From: Haliotis rufescens
Lineage: Eukaryota
Direction of reading: 5' to 3'
DNA: 64,000 nucleotides
Assembly: GCF_023055435.1 (NCBI RefSeq)
Contig: NW_025963779.1
Coordinates: 50,716,001 to 50,780,000, forward strand
Both the position numbers and the translations under genes were made by a program. Below the pieces are notes generated by a model that was not told the DNA's origin, searched no databases, and saw nothing but the letters and a program-made list of their open reading frames with translations. This document shows, in pieces, positions 26,131-39,705 of this stretch; within the stretch, counting starts at the first letter, position 1; each line of letters starts with the position of its first letter.

Positions 26131-28019
26131 ACATGGAAAGGATGTACTTTCACTGTGACTGTTAAAGCATCCTTCCGTTTTAACAAATGAATGTTCTTTT
26201 TATATGAATAGTCGTATTTACTCAGTGTGTTGAAAAAGTCAACCAATTGAAAGAAAACAAATGTGGTTCTTTTTTCAATCGAGCATCATGACAATCCACC
26301 ATAAGCAGAATTGATTGTTTATTACACATTTCAGAAACACACACAGAAACTCATTCCATCTTATCACAGATCACAAGTTGTGCAGAAAGATTATCAGAAA
26401 CATCCGTTTCGTAAATACTTCATCTGAAATATTCCGGAGAGCCCCTAGAAATAATAAAAATTGTTCTGAGCAAACATGCTGTCAATTTTTGTTAATATCA
26501 GTGGCTTTATTACATTTTATTGACGCTTGAGAAAAACGTGATTTTGGCAATTCCTCAAGGATTGACGTTCAAAAAGCACAATTCTTTCCGGTATCTGAAA
26601 GTCCTTGTTGAATTTAATTGCCTTGCATACACACCCGGTATGCTTAAAATTTGTAAAATTTGACACATGAAATGAAGGTTTAAGGTGTGTTATTTGCTTT
26701 ATGTCATATACGCGCTCGATTTGATTGGAACATGTTTTATTTGCATTCCTGGAATGAAAGAAAGAAATGATCTCGTCAATCCATATCTCTTTCAGGTATC
26801 AATGTTTTCCATAAAATGAAATACGTTTTTCATACTAGTATGCTGAATTGCATTGCATTGATTTTTCACATGTATCTTGCATGCATTGCCACATTGCCAC
26901 TAACATACAACCATGTTCTGATATTACAGAATATGTGAAATTTAATTTTTATTATATATTCTTGTGTGTTTTCCCGTTTTTCCATGATTATAATATTTAC
27001 ATGTGTGATGTAAACTGGTTGGAAATGCTCTAATGTCAAATAACATTACGAATAACGACAATGCCACTTCAAGCTCAAATCCATTGTTTAGATCAACTGA
27101 AACGTTCAACACGTTCTTACATTACGCTCCGATAGTTTTATAACAATGACATATAATAAATATAAATAAATTTGTTTCTTATAAACGCACGTATATATCT
27201 TATGGTAAAGTGTCACGGTCGACTGGACAAACCTCATTTCCCAAGTCACATTATTTCGAAGTATTTAGACATTTTAGGTTGTCGTTAGCATTTTTGTTCT
27301 ATCTATCCAATAATGGCAAATCGCAATCAAATACTCTCAATCCGTTAACCCTCAATGCACGGGACTAGTCGTTGACTACTCGAAAAAACTATTTCTTAGT
27401 ATTACACCAGCACTTGAATCAAAAACAAACAACTAATCGTGTTTACATAGCCAAACCAGCTTGTACTAATACAAATCCCTTCTGCTGAACAGACGAGCAT
27501 TCACGCAAGTCCAGTCACACAGGGATATTGGTTATCGAGAAGAACTCAAGCACAGATGTTCTTTCAACTATTTAGTTTGTTGAAAAACATACGAATGGTT
27601 GAATTAAGACCTCATGTCTCTTCCAAAGTTTCTACAGTATCAGTCAACACATCGTTACAAGTTTTTCACATTGACGTTTCTCTTTGATCCAGCGGGTATC
27701 TTCTCTCGTAACGTCTGTGTCATGCCGTATCTGATAGATCAAAAAGTCTTATATATCAAACGCAGCAGCCATAAAATTCATGGTGATCAAATACGTTTGT
27801 GTTACATCTCCCTTTCTGTATCTAAAATATTTGATACCGAGTTCTGATTTTACAGTCTTGAATTTGTGTAACATATGTACCTGTATCATTTTGCAATTCA
27901 GCTTGGCGTGTTCTCTATGATCAGATACACATACATAATGAATGAGTAAGATTGGTGACGATGTTACCGTTGCTAGCTGTGTCCCAATCTGTTGTATACG
28001 TTTGTTAGTTTGTTGTTGT

Positions 28020-28210
28020 TTTTTTCAACGCCGCATTCAGGAAACATCAATCGATATGACGGCGGTCTATAATAATCGAATCTGGACATCGTTTACGCAA
28101 TTGGGATACGCTGACATGCAACCACTTCGGCGCGTCTGACCACCCGATCCCGTTAGTCGCATCGTACGACAAGCATGGGTTGCCGAAGATCAGTTTTAAC
28201 CGGGATCTTT
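28020..28210 (-). mobile_element. SINE family 3, internally deleted
   Basis: CTGACCACCCGATCCCGTTAGTCGC is the reverse complement of the core of 43799-44062. Confidence 0.75.
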
Positions 28211-28739
28211 GTCATTATACACGTGATCCACTCTAATTCCAATTGCATTTTCTGACTCTTACCTCCGTCCATGTAACCATCTATATACACTTATGTGTTG
28301 TTAAGACAAGACTAGTATACTATAACCTTTCCTCAAATTTAAGCTCACACGCGACGATGTATTGTATAAATTTCAATAAACAATTGTCGTAAATCTTACT
28401 CCCCTCACTCACTCTAAATACATTACCAATGATAAAGTTATGTCCTTTTTCCCTTTCCTTCCGCTGGCCTTTGTCAAATGACTGAAGCTTTTTTATATAA
28501 GCGGCGTTGAATTTGAAAATTACCAATTTAATCATGGACGCAATCTATCACTTATTTCATCTATGTACAGTGTCCCTAAACCAACGTAAATTACCGCATT
28601 AGAATGTGCACATGGGTGATGACAGAGAGGGGGGAGGGGGGGGGGGGGGGGGGGGAGCAGCATTCCCTTGGTTAACAGACATGACAAGACACATGTTCAA
28701 TTTATCATACATTGACTATTGAAGATTCCTGAAAATAAT

Positions 28740-28968
28740 TGGTCTTCAGCAACCCATTCTTGTAAGAGGCGACAAACGGGATTGGGTTAGTCGCTGGTTG
28801 GTGCACTTGGTTGATGCATGTCATCGTATCCCATTTGCGTAGAACGATGCTCATGACGTCAATCACTGGATTGTCTGGTCCAGACCCTCGTCATATAGCT
28901 GGAAAAGTGTTGAGTGCGGCCTCACCTCACTTCACCTCACCCCTACCCACCCCACCTCACCTCACCTC
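28740..28968 (+). mobile_element. SINE family 3 with (CACCT)n tail
   Basis: TCTTCAGCAACCCAT...ATCACTGGATTGTCTGGTCCAGA...CATATAGCTGGAA shared with the 39463 and 43799 copies. Confidence 0.8.
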
Positions 28969-31900
28969 AACAGGACGGCACCGAACAACTGTTCGATAAA
29001 AAACGCAACAATCCCATGCTTAGTTATATCTTAATATATAAATGTTTACGATGTACAATATATTTTCGCTAAGAAAGTGGTTAGTGTGTAGCTGAAACTT
29101 ATTGTCACACTGCTTTGATCGTTTTCTACACATGAAATATTATAAGCTTTTCATATTTTTGTTTTTCTTGATGAATACATCTAATCAAATTAAGACTAAT
29201 GTTGGCTCTAACTAATAAGTTATGAGTTCGGTTTCACAAGTACTCATACCTAAGCATACATTTATGTTGCCAAAGCCAATAAAAATATCTATCCATATCT
29301 ATCTATAGTTTGTAAGTGGGAAAGTGGTTTGTACTTATCTCAGTTTTGTCCAAGTACATACATGTATGTGGACAAAATTCTGAAAGGTAAATCATTTTAC
29401 AGATGTTCCGACATTTGGCCCCTTGACCGTAGATTTATTTAGAGTCCTTCAAATAGCATCACTATAAAGTGAATAGTTTGTGGTGGGTTACTATACTTCT
29501 TATCAGCAGTTCGGTACGTAAAACGCAGATCTAACTGAAGGATTTAGAGCACAGAATTAGACAAGCAATATTCTCTTGTCGAGACGTTAGCAAATCATGT
29601 CTTTTTGCCTTGTAACAACAGTGCTATATTCCGAGGCGTTCTAAGGGCATATATGGATGTACATATCTCATAAATCAGACTATGGTTTGTCTTCTCGAAG
29701 AGGTTACATGATGCGAACACCTTGAGGACCTTCTGGCGCCCTGTGTGGTCTCTGTTGCGGCACGGTTGTTTGCATGCGTGTTTGTTGATACACGCGTGAA
29801 ACATATATCATGTGGATGGAATACACGCTTGCGTGAATTTATCATCAGCGGGTGCCAGCATCTAGACAAGAAATAATTGAATACTGGTTCGGATGTCAAG
29901 AAATAACAGATTTATGTGTTGCCTCTGTGTTGAAATGCACATTTTTGTTCACTTTGAACGCTTTATAAACACGTAACTTGTATAATGATCAGAAAAAAAC
30001 GTTTTGACTCTTGGTCATAAATTGATATTGATATGAAACACATGTGTTTTCTGCAAGAAGCATATTCTCCTGATCTGATTCATGTACCTACTACATAAAA
30101 CTTTATTTATTATTGAAAGTACACGTAATCAGAAACGAAATCCGAACGTGAAGATGTTTTAAGAAGCAAATGATTACAAAATTATCAATGATAATATATC
30201 ATTACCTCTGTAAATAACAGTTTCTGTAATCAATCCTACGTATAATTACAAACCCAGATCATTTACAATGCCAAACATCATGTTTTAGTTTTAACATCAC
30301 CGTTTATATTCCGAGCGTATATTCCCCCTGTACGTTGACATCATGGATGTTGCTACACAAACCATCGTCTCTCAACAGGTGAAATGCCAAAGAAACATGT
30401 TTTGTCATTTCCATTGTGGTGTTTCTTTTATGAAACAAAGTTTTAAAAAGTACTATAGAAAACTTGCAATTGCAGTAACGTATTTATGCAAACATAACTA
30501 TTTGCATACACTACTATCTGATAAAGGCTGGACACCACTTTGTACGCAGAACAGAATCCGTTACAGTAATTTTAAAGGAAAGTCTGTGATCCGTTGAGGG
30601 TGTTGATTATCTTAGTATCTGTCCCATGGCTGGACCAGACATACCAATTTAATGAAATTGTAAATTATCACCCACATATAATTGTGACAGAATTGGGCCG
30701 TTTTAAAGACATTTTCTCTATCCATTATCCAGAAAGCCGCTGGCACTTTCTTTATTTAGTTGTCAATATGTATGATCAATCATACGTGAAATATAATGAA
30801 ATTAAGACGGACCTGTTACCACGTTGAAATAGAAAACACAAACACACAGACAGCAGTGCTAGAATCTATCGATGCTCTTCAGCATCTATAGGGAGCATGT
30901 ATGTATATTGATGTATATTACAGCTCATGGATCTCAAACAGTATTGGTGCATACAAATATACTTGATAGTTAGTACGTAAGATAGGCAACACCATTTGCA
31001 ACTGTTATCTGGAACATTCTACAGACCAGCCGGCATGGATTAGAGCAGTTTCAATGTTGCAAACCTTCATGTGGTAATGTAAAATCAGGGACAACTGGCT
31101 TATTCAAGCTGCCATAACATAGATAACGCAGAAGGCGAAGAGCTTCATAAAGGTCCGTTCAATTGGACCTCAGTTACCCACGAGGAGTGGAAACCAGGAA
31201 CAACATGTAAAAGTAGTTCTATCCTGGGTGGTGATGTGACCTTGGGCAGCTCGAGTACACTTGAAATGGCGGACGGAGAAGCGTTTGTTGTACTCCAGGG
31301 ACGGACATGCGTCTTTAGTGATAGGACTAGTTAGATTTTTTTAAATTGAAAGCAATGCGATATGTCACACATCTAGGTTCGCCTGTATTCAACCGAGTCA
31401 GCTTAAATAGGCCCAAACCTGTGGACATTAAGAGTTTCGTTTATAACCTAATCCCGTTGCCAAGAGCGTGAAAGGTATCCCAAATGTGCACAAACTGGAA
31501 GAAGAATATCCTAAGATTTGGATTTAATCTTTGTCATGACTGAAGCAATTTGTGCAGTTTACCAAAAAGGCTTGGAATCGATGGCGAGTACTTTCGATTG
31601 CTTTCACACCGTTGCATGTTACCTCTCAACGGAACATGAGGTCTCCAGACTAAGTCTTATTTTCTAGTGCTAGCAGGGCTCCCATGGATGTTAATAGGGG
31701 TTTAACTGGAAATCGATCATACCGATCTATCATCGGGATCACATTCGATAAACATCAAGAAGTTGAATGTACTCGACTGAAATGTGATATTTCTACGGTT
31801 GTACAAGATTACCCATGAGACGACTGTGTGAAGAAGAACAAAATTGTCAAGCTAACTTTTTGTAAAGATGCATTTCTTTATAGTATTTTAAGTTGGCACA

Positions 31901-31989
31901 GGCCTGGTCTTTTTATATCTATCACATGAGCTCGAGGATTTGTGTAAAGGTAACGCTTTTTACGGCACAATTAAAATTGGCATCATAAC

Positions 31990-32526
31990 CATCTTCCCGA
32001 GGCAAGAGAGGTAACTGACAATAAAAGTCTAGTTTCCAACCTTGCCGAACTAGGCTGGAAGTCCAGAGTTACATTTTTGCTGGATTGACGAGTCAAATCA
32101 AAATCGCGTAAGGAACAAGACATCCGGTTCGTAAACAACATGGATTTCAACGTGCAGATTTCGGTTGACTGCAGGATTTGCAAAGCATGTGTACCGCCAA
32201 CTGTGCTTCGACAGATATTTTGCAAATCTTTTCATGTTTTTAATCAAGGTGATCAAGTATATTGATGCACCTCGCGGGGTAAGACCCGTTTTATTACAAC
32301 ATGGATCTTGATTATCAGATCAGATCGTCTTGGCTGTGAGCCGCCATTTTGTTTGAAGCAAGTGATATGAGAGATGAATCGGATTGGCTGATAGGAGGGA
32401 CACAGGAGCGACATAACTAGGAATAGCCACGGGTGGCGCTCCGATCGAGCCTGGAGATTCCAGCCTAGTTCGGCAAGGATGGAAACTCGACTTTTACACG
32501 CAGTTAAATCCCTTCCTCGGAAGATG
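31990..32526. mobile_element. Non-autonomous element with ~76-bp imperfect terminal inverted repeats
   Basis: Left arm 31990-32066 (CATCTTCC...CTTGCCGAACTAGGCTGGAA) is inverted at 32451-32526; absent from the other unit copies; right end recurs at 63052-63186. Confidence 0.8.
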
Positions 32527-35374
32527 CACTACAAGCATAACATAAGGACTGTATTTCATGCCGTCAGCGTAAACAAGAGTCAGATGACGTATAACTTTGA
32601 AAAGAAATAAGATAGCTTACACACTTTCTGTTGTACAATGGCGCATCCAAATGTTTAACACTTTTCAGTGTTTAACGATCAACTTGTTTTTGGTTTCAGT
32701 TATTGCTTTGCATAAAACAAATAGTTCAACAGCAATTCAAAAACTTCAGCGTGTACAAGTCTTATTAACTTGCGATAAACTGTGTTGGGTCAGGAATATA
32801 TTTTCGAAGTGTCATGATGAGCACATTAACTAAATTGGTTACGTAATACAGTTACGATTGTCATGTATGAAGATCAATTCTCAAAAGAAAGACAACGCAT
32901 TTCCTGCAACTGAGAGAAAGAAAGAAAGAGGAACAGAGAGAGGGGAAATTATTTATTTATTTAAAAACTTTCTGTTCAACCATATCATCCAAATGACATC
33001 ATTCTTGGTACAAATACAGACTTATTAAAAATATAGTGAGTAGCTAAAATGTACAGAAACATACCCGGAGGTAATGAGAGTATAAAAATCAATTAAAATA
33101 GTTTAACATTCGAAATAGGAAAGTTGCATCCATCTTCATTAAATTACAGAACAGGACTGTTGGAATTATGTTGTATCACAATCAGGTTTCTAATTATAGA
33201 ATGGATAAACTCATCAATGGTTGATACTTTATTTACAGATGCATATTATTCTAAATGGTCATATTAATAGGCCCCTGGGTGTTCCGCCTCGCAACGGTAG
33301 TTACATGTAACCCATAGGGGCACTAACATGATCTTTTGACTGGTATTTCACGCCTATTTTTCTGTTGTATTAATTAATTAAAGATGACGTCATCCATTTG
33401 TCATTCCGTCACAGGAGAAGTCACTTGACGTTATTCAAACATTATGTTGACCGTGCTGTCATTTTTAGAGTCTTTTTCTTTAAAAAACTGACTATGGTTA
33501 CTGAATATAATATGATTCTTGCAACGAGGTTCGGTACATACAAAATTAATCCATTCGCTCCTGGATATGTATTTACTATACGCATATGCATAATGTTATT
33601 GATATTTATCAACAACTAATATCTATTGTCAATTAGTATCCGACACGAGTGTTTTTTTAAAGCTGAAGACCATAGTGGCATGTACATACTTTTCTCTGAG
33701 CAAGACAAACAAGTAGCTGATAACATGAGCAACCGTCCATGATGCAGAAGTAAACACACAATCAATCAGGTGAAACATTTATCGTCATTAAACTAGGGTT
33801 CCACGAAAAGCATGGGGACCTCGAAACTATCAAATTCGAAGATGTGCAGATCAGCATTACTATCAACGTCGGCTATGAAATCATGATGTAAACATTTCAC
33901 AAAACCCATGCCATATTCTCTCCCACACAGCACACGTGAACAAATTCTAAATTTGATACGAGTCAAGATTCCTAGAGTTTTATGGAGGCATGTTGTAATA
34001 GAACATGTTGTTCTAAAATGTGACATATTTATCATCCTTACGGGTTTGCGTGCAAGGTGTAAAATGGATCTGTCAAGATTATAATAAAAGGTCCTTGCTA
34101 TTTTCGAAGCACTTGTTCAGCTCCATCTGCAGATCATAGCGCGCAAGCAGCTATATATCATATGCACAACATTATTTCATATTCTGTCGTAACGGAACAT
34201 TGCTGCATGGAGTCAGGTAGGGGTAGGGTTACCACATCCCAGGTATCTTAACTCATAGGTATTGTTATCAGTGAAAATGTCGACATAACTGTTTTGATCA
34301 AGCATCAAATCCTAGGTCTCTAAGACGAAATCATAAACACAACAATGTATATCCAAACTATCTTACGAGCTTACATTATCTGAAGAAAATAGGTGCCAAC
34401 CAAAGGCAAAATAACTCAATACAAATAAAACAACTGTCTCAAACGTAGTTATGTAGGTAGTGTCTTTGAAGATACATGTAGCTGTCAGAGAGAAAAGAAA
34501 GCATGTCGATGGTATCTGACAGCCCTAAGTGGATTTCTTTTTTCTTCACCTTAAATCTCTTTAAAACAAGTAATCATTAAATACATTTACATAGATATTC
34601 ACACACTATCCAATAATCAACAAATCCTAAAATAATAATCATGCGATACAAATAATTCACAAAATGTTTTCTTCCCCGCCAAGAAAGTCGAAACCGTGGC
34701 CAACGTTCAAGCCATCCGACAGATAGATGGTACATTGTTTCAATATTTTCAGTGGTAGCACTGGCTGCATGTTGTGTGGCAGGTACAGTCGGAATTATTT
34801 TTATCGACAGAATTTATGCGGCTTGTTTTGTTTTAGCAGATCCTTAAAATAACACATATGGAGGCATGTGTTACACTTGTCAAGATTTCGTCTGCGTGCT
34901 GAAATAGCGTTTCCTGTGTAGTGTTGATGTTGTTCTCTCAAACTTTCTGCAAAACATTCTCTGACCCTTTCAGTTGTATGTGCCGAGAAGCTGACGATTA
35001 CTCACATCATACGTCGGTCAAACCAGTGCAATCTGTCTAGACTGCATTTACTTTGACCGAACATGATTGTCGTTCATGTATTCATAAGACTGGATATGTG
35101 GTTATTATCATAATGTTCTATCTGTGATTTCAAGCTGATGCTAGCTAGTATACATTCTTTACCTTTCCATAATTTTATGTTTCCGTGCTTCCGGTGGGTT
35201 GTAAATAACGACCGACCATGATATCTGCCACGATGGCATGATTTTGTTTCCTGGGTTTATGTAGTGAGATGGGAAATATATGATCTCTTGATAAATGACA
35301 ATTTACAAACAGCACAACAGCGCACACTCATCCATTGTGAAGACATTACATGTAAAATGACAAAGGTCGAGGGC

Positions 35375-36180
35375 AATAGAGCCCAATGTGTCCACCGTTA
35401 GCGTCATGTATTGAATGGCATCTGAGAATATGGTGAGAATATGGTTCATGTGTTTGGAAATGTTCGTCCATTCGTAAAGTAAAGTGCAAGTATTTGCAAT
35501 GACTAGGGTTCAAGAAGACGCTTTCGTAAGTGGCCATGGCGATCTGCCTCGTCCCATAGGTGTTCTTTCGGGTTTAAATCTGATGCTTTAAAAGGCCACG
35601 ATAGCACGCGTACATTGTGGTTCCGTGCGAATGTGGTTTAGCATGCATTATCGTATTGGAAAAAAACCGTAGGCATCGTTAATAATGGAAGCAATTTGTT
35701 TTTGTTGGATCTCACCACAATAGCGCTTGGCCGTTATGCTACCATGCACTTGCACCAGGTTTATTCTGCCAGTGGGGGCACGGGTGGCCCAGTCGTCTAA
35801 GGCGCCGCGATTCGCCGTGCAGAGTTGCGTCCCTTGGGCACGCCAGAAACCTATGATTGTGGGTTCGAATCCCGGTTCGCCCTGATTATGTTTCTAGGTT
35901 TGTCAGCACCATACCCGTGCTCGTGGGTTTCACCGAAGTGGTAAACGTCTGAGACCTGCATCACCTCGGGCATCCTCCCACATTAAGCTGACACGCCGCG
36001 ATATCACTGGAATACTGTTAAAAGCGGCTTTAAACCAAACTTACACACACACACATATTCTGCCAGTGTGGGGGATGTTCGGCAAAGGCAGTGTACTACA
36101 ACCACCGAATCTGTAGACCTCTCGTTTGACGGCAAAACATTCATGGCGTTCGGTACACCCTTGGCTCTGTTCTCCAGGCG
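35375..36180 (-). mobile_element. Tc1-like transposase remnant split by a SINE
   Basis: After removing the SINE: RFGGCS...GRINLVQVHGSITAKRY...FFQYDNA...NHNVRVLSWPFKASDLNPKEHLWDE...ANGGH. Confidence 0.85.
35775..36055 (+). mobile_element. Full-length tRNA-derived SINE (family 2) with 13-bp TSD
   Basis: A box TGGCCCAGTCG, B box GGTTCGAATCC, (CA)n tail; TSD TATTCTGCCAGTG at 35762-35774 and 36056-36068. Confidence 0.92.
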
Positions 36181-39100
36181 ATGTTCTCCATTACAATACA
36201 TATTCACTGGTAGCATTTAACTGTCGTATCCATTGGACGCTATCCTAAATTTGTGTTTTTTAAATGCATATTATGAGTAGTACTATAATCACGTTTCCTA
36301 TTGCTTCATGTCGACCCTATAATCCGATTACCTAGTTAAAGCATAAATGTTTTGTTCAATGCTCTGATACAATTTAACCAAAGAGTGGTTGTCTGATGTG
36401 TTGAATCTATGATAACGATGAAATATGGTTTCACTTTATCTGAAATACCCAATTCATCAATTTCATTTCATTGCTACATCTCTGAAACCCCACGACCTTA
36501 AACCTATCCGGATTGAGATTCGGTTGTCTAGGAGTTAGGGGAATTTTAATTAATGCATTTCGTAGTTTTGTTGGAGAGTAAACGTGGACATTAGAGAATC
36601 TATTAAAAGTATGTAAACGTCTGACAGGAATCAATCAAGCACAGCAGTAATTTGTCCTTTACCAATTTGTCAAACTGATACATGTTGTGTCATGTACAAG
36701 CACCATGCTGTATTTGTACCAAGCTGTGAATATACGTTCCCCTGCAGTATAACCAATATATTTGTAGCATAATGTTTTATATAGTCAATTGTTGGATGAT
36801 CAAGACTGGTCATTTGCTTGTACTGACGTTTTATATTTAACCTGACCCACTTTTTAAGTGCTTCTTGCTGTCTTGCAACCATGAAAATATGTTTTCAACT
36901 AATACAATTATTTAATATTAAACATGATGAAAGAGCATATGCATGGGAATATTTTGTCAATATTATCTCACGTATATTTGCTCACTACATTGATCTGAAA
37001 AAAGGAACGGAAAAATACAGGCTTTACTAATATAACTACTGGGTTATTTTGTTATTGGCACTTCCAAGATACGTTAAAGGAAATAACCAAAGAACATAGC
37101 ACGAGGCACTTTAGATCAAAATTTATAAGGCGACAGAACGAATTTGAGGGCAAATGGCACATGAAGTTCAATTTCCACAATCACATACAAATGGAATCTG
37201 TTTTAATGTTCAGACTGTATTGCATTCTTTTCATGCGTGAATAGTAAGTTTCAACTTTATCTATCCAATTCCTGCAAAAGGACATGTTCCTGTTATTAAC
37301 GTTACAAAAATCGACATTTTTATAACTTTACATGCTACCCAGCTGCCGCATGTTACTCCACTACATTAAATGATTCCGGATGGCATTTTGGGAATTCAGG
37401 TCCTAGTATCTTGAACATACTTAACTATCGTGTGTCGTGCGAACATGTCAACTTAAAGGAGGACTAGGCTCGGGATAGCGGGCATTCCCAACCAAAGAGA
37501 TTCAAGTCCCTCAAACAGACCTGCTGGTGAAATTGTAATGTGTATATATATATTATATATTATGTTATTATTATGTTTAAGATGTCTCAGTTTCACGCAT
37601 GTATATTTTACAAGATCTATAAGTTTGCAGAAAGTGGGCATCAGACCTCTTAACATATGCATAGTTCCCCTTTTAAGCTCTGTCGGTCTATTCAGTACAC
37701 AATACACAAACGATGGCGAAGCACGACGGACAAACCAACATATAAGCCAATTTACAGCCAGAACATAAACTACTAAACTATTGCCCAGTCAGTATGTAAA
37801 ACAAAATTGCTGAGAATAGAAAATAAGGGTTCATATAGAAATGAGCTTTATGTTATAAAACATTCAATATTTCGTTTGACAAGTTTAATAACAATATTCG
37901 AAAGATGTAGATGATGCATTTGATCATATCAAAAACATAACCGTGATATTTAAATGATAAATGTTAAAAGATATATTTTCCAGAACTCTTTAATATAAAT
38001 AATACATCTTTCCCACATAAATTATTTAAATTGAACTATCAATATTGCATGGCATTCTCTCCACTCTGCATCTGCAGGATAAAGATGTCTACTCATTCAA
38101 AGTTTTTATTCGTGTGTTTTTTTCGGAATACCAGCACTTTAGGCTAACTGTGAGTACAATCTGATGATACAATGGTTTTAACATCTTCAGACAGATAATG
38201 ACTTGAATAGATAATACTTGTGGCCTGTGTAAATAGTTGATCAGTATTAAGGTCTATATTAGAAAATATATAATTATAAAAGCTTCATTTTCAGTATATA
38301 TTTATTTTCTCATGAGAACAGCTGGTTTTATCTTGCACTATGCGTTATGTATCAAATTATGGATGACGTAAATACTGAAGCTGAGATTGACATTTCCCTG
38401 GTTTTTGCTTGATGTGCAGCCTGACGCAGACAGCCAGGATACTTCGAGTTCCATGGCCATGACGTCGTTATTGAAAGTCCGTATTTCACAACAGAATATT
38501 TATAGTGTATATCAGAAACTCATTGATCTGATATGACAATCCAGATTTCTTTGGTAATAATTCTATTGATACTGTGTCAGAGATGGCCCAATACATAGAT
38601 GTCTTCAGTTATCTATTCCAGATACTTTCAACACAGATCATGTGCTGTGAGGAAAATAGACTTGTCGATAAAACTAAACTGCTTCCATCGAGACAATATG
38701 CTTGGCCCGTTACGTGGTTTGTATTTATTTCGTTAGTGGATTAATAACATGCATTCAGGTGTTCAATGCTAATTGCTTCACACCTTTGGTCATTGTGTTT
38801 GCAAAGGGCCACCTGAGATGCGTGTGTAGCTGTTGGTAAATAATGTCTGCATTGGAACCGACAAGGTTTTCTCAGTTGACACGTTAATGCATGTAGCCCA
38901 GTAACTTTATGAAGGAACATTCCAGCCGGATAGCACTGGCTTACATAGAAGAATCTACACCTACTATGAAATTTCTTAAGTTATGTCCAATCTGTTTGTT
39001 TGGATAAGGTTTGCATACTCCGAGGAAGAGACATTGTGCGTACGTTCTTAGTTTAGACATCATTATGAGCGCAAAAGCGTTTGTTCTATCACACACAACC

Positions 39101-39462
39101 ACAAGCATCGGCAAGTACCTCAGGGAGTAATTTGTCCATTCTGTGAGAACAAAGATTTCCAAAGCTCTCTAGAAAGGATGCTACGCGCTGTTAATTAGCC
39201 ATTTTAATATGGACTAGTTCTCTACCTCCATCTTCGACCACTTCGAGCTTTTCTCCCACATAGAGCTGACACGATGTAATATAACTGGAATACAATTAAA
39301 AACCATCTTTACAATAATCAGATTTATTGCGATAAGTATATATTTTAGTCCATTGCAAAACCGAGATTAACAGGTTGCAATTGGTTGACGAATGCGCGTG
39401 GTAATTCTTGCGCAGTTTTGTGCTTAACATGCCGCCTTTCATATAAGTTTCCCAGGATAAAT

Positions 39463-39705
39463 AGACCGTGAAGATCCGGACAGAGTATACGTCTTCAGCA
39501 ACCCATGCTTGTTGTAACGGGATGGGGTGGTCAGGCTCGCTGACTTGGTTGATTCATGTCATCGTATCCCATTAATCGCGTAGATCGGTGCACATGATGT
39601 CAAGCACTGGATTGTCTGGTCCACACATGATTATTTACAGACCGCCGTCATATAGCTGAAATATTGCCGAGTGCGGCGTTAAACAAGAAACTAATCAACC
39701 AATCA
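39463..39705 (+). mobile_element. SINE family 3
   Basis: GACCGTGAAGATCCGG...GGTGGTCAGGCTCGCTGACTTGGTTG...GAGTGCGGCGTTAAAC, very similar to 43799-44062. Confidence 0.85.

Larger units (their letters stand above)
16840..35230. repeat. Large degenerate tandem unit, copy B
   Basis: Same anchor order as copies A and C; additionally 16840~38225, 21770-22370~41285-41965, 27440-27830~43170-43520 and 33810-35230~54250-55400~61830-62550. Confidence 0.9.

Noticed and set aside
28627-28655. Long poly-G tract (possible G-quadruplex)
   Set aside because: Simple homopolymer not seen in the paralogous copies; its length is unreliable in assemblies and there is no functional support.
35775-35880. tRNA-like sequences here and at 8614, 24154 and 58048
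   Set aside because: They are SINE heads with bodies and tails (TSDs seen for two of them), not complete cloverleaf tRNA genes.
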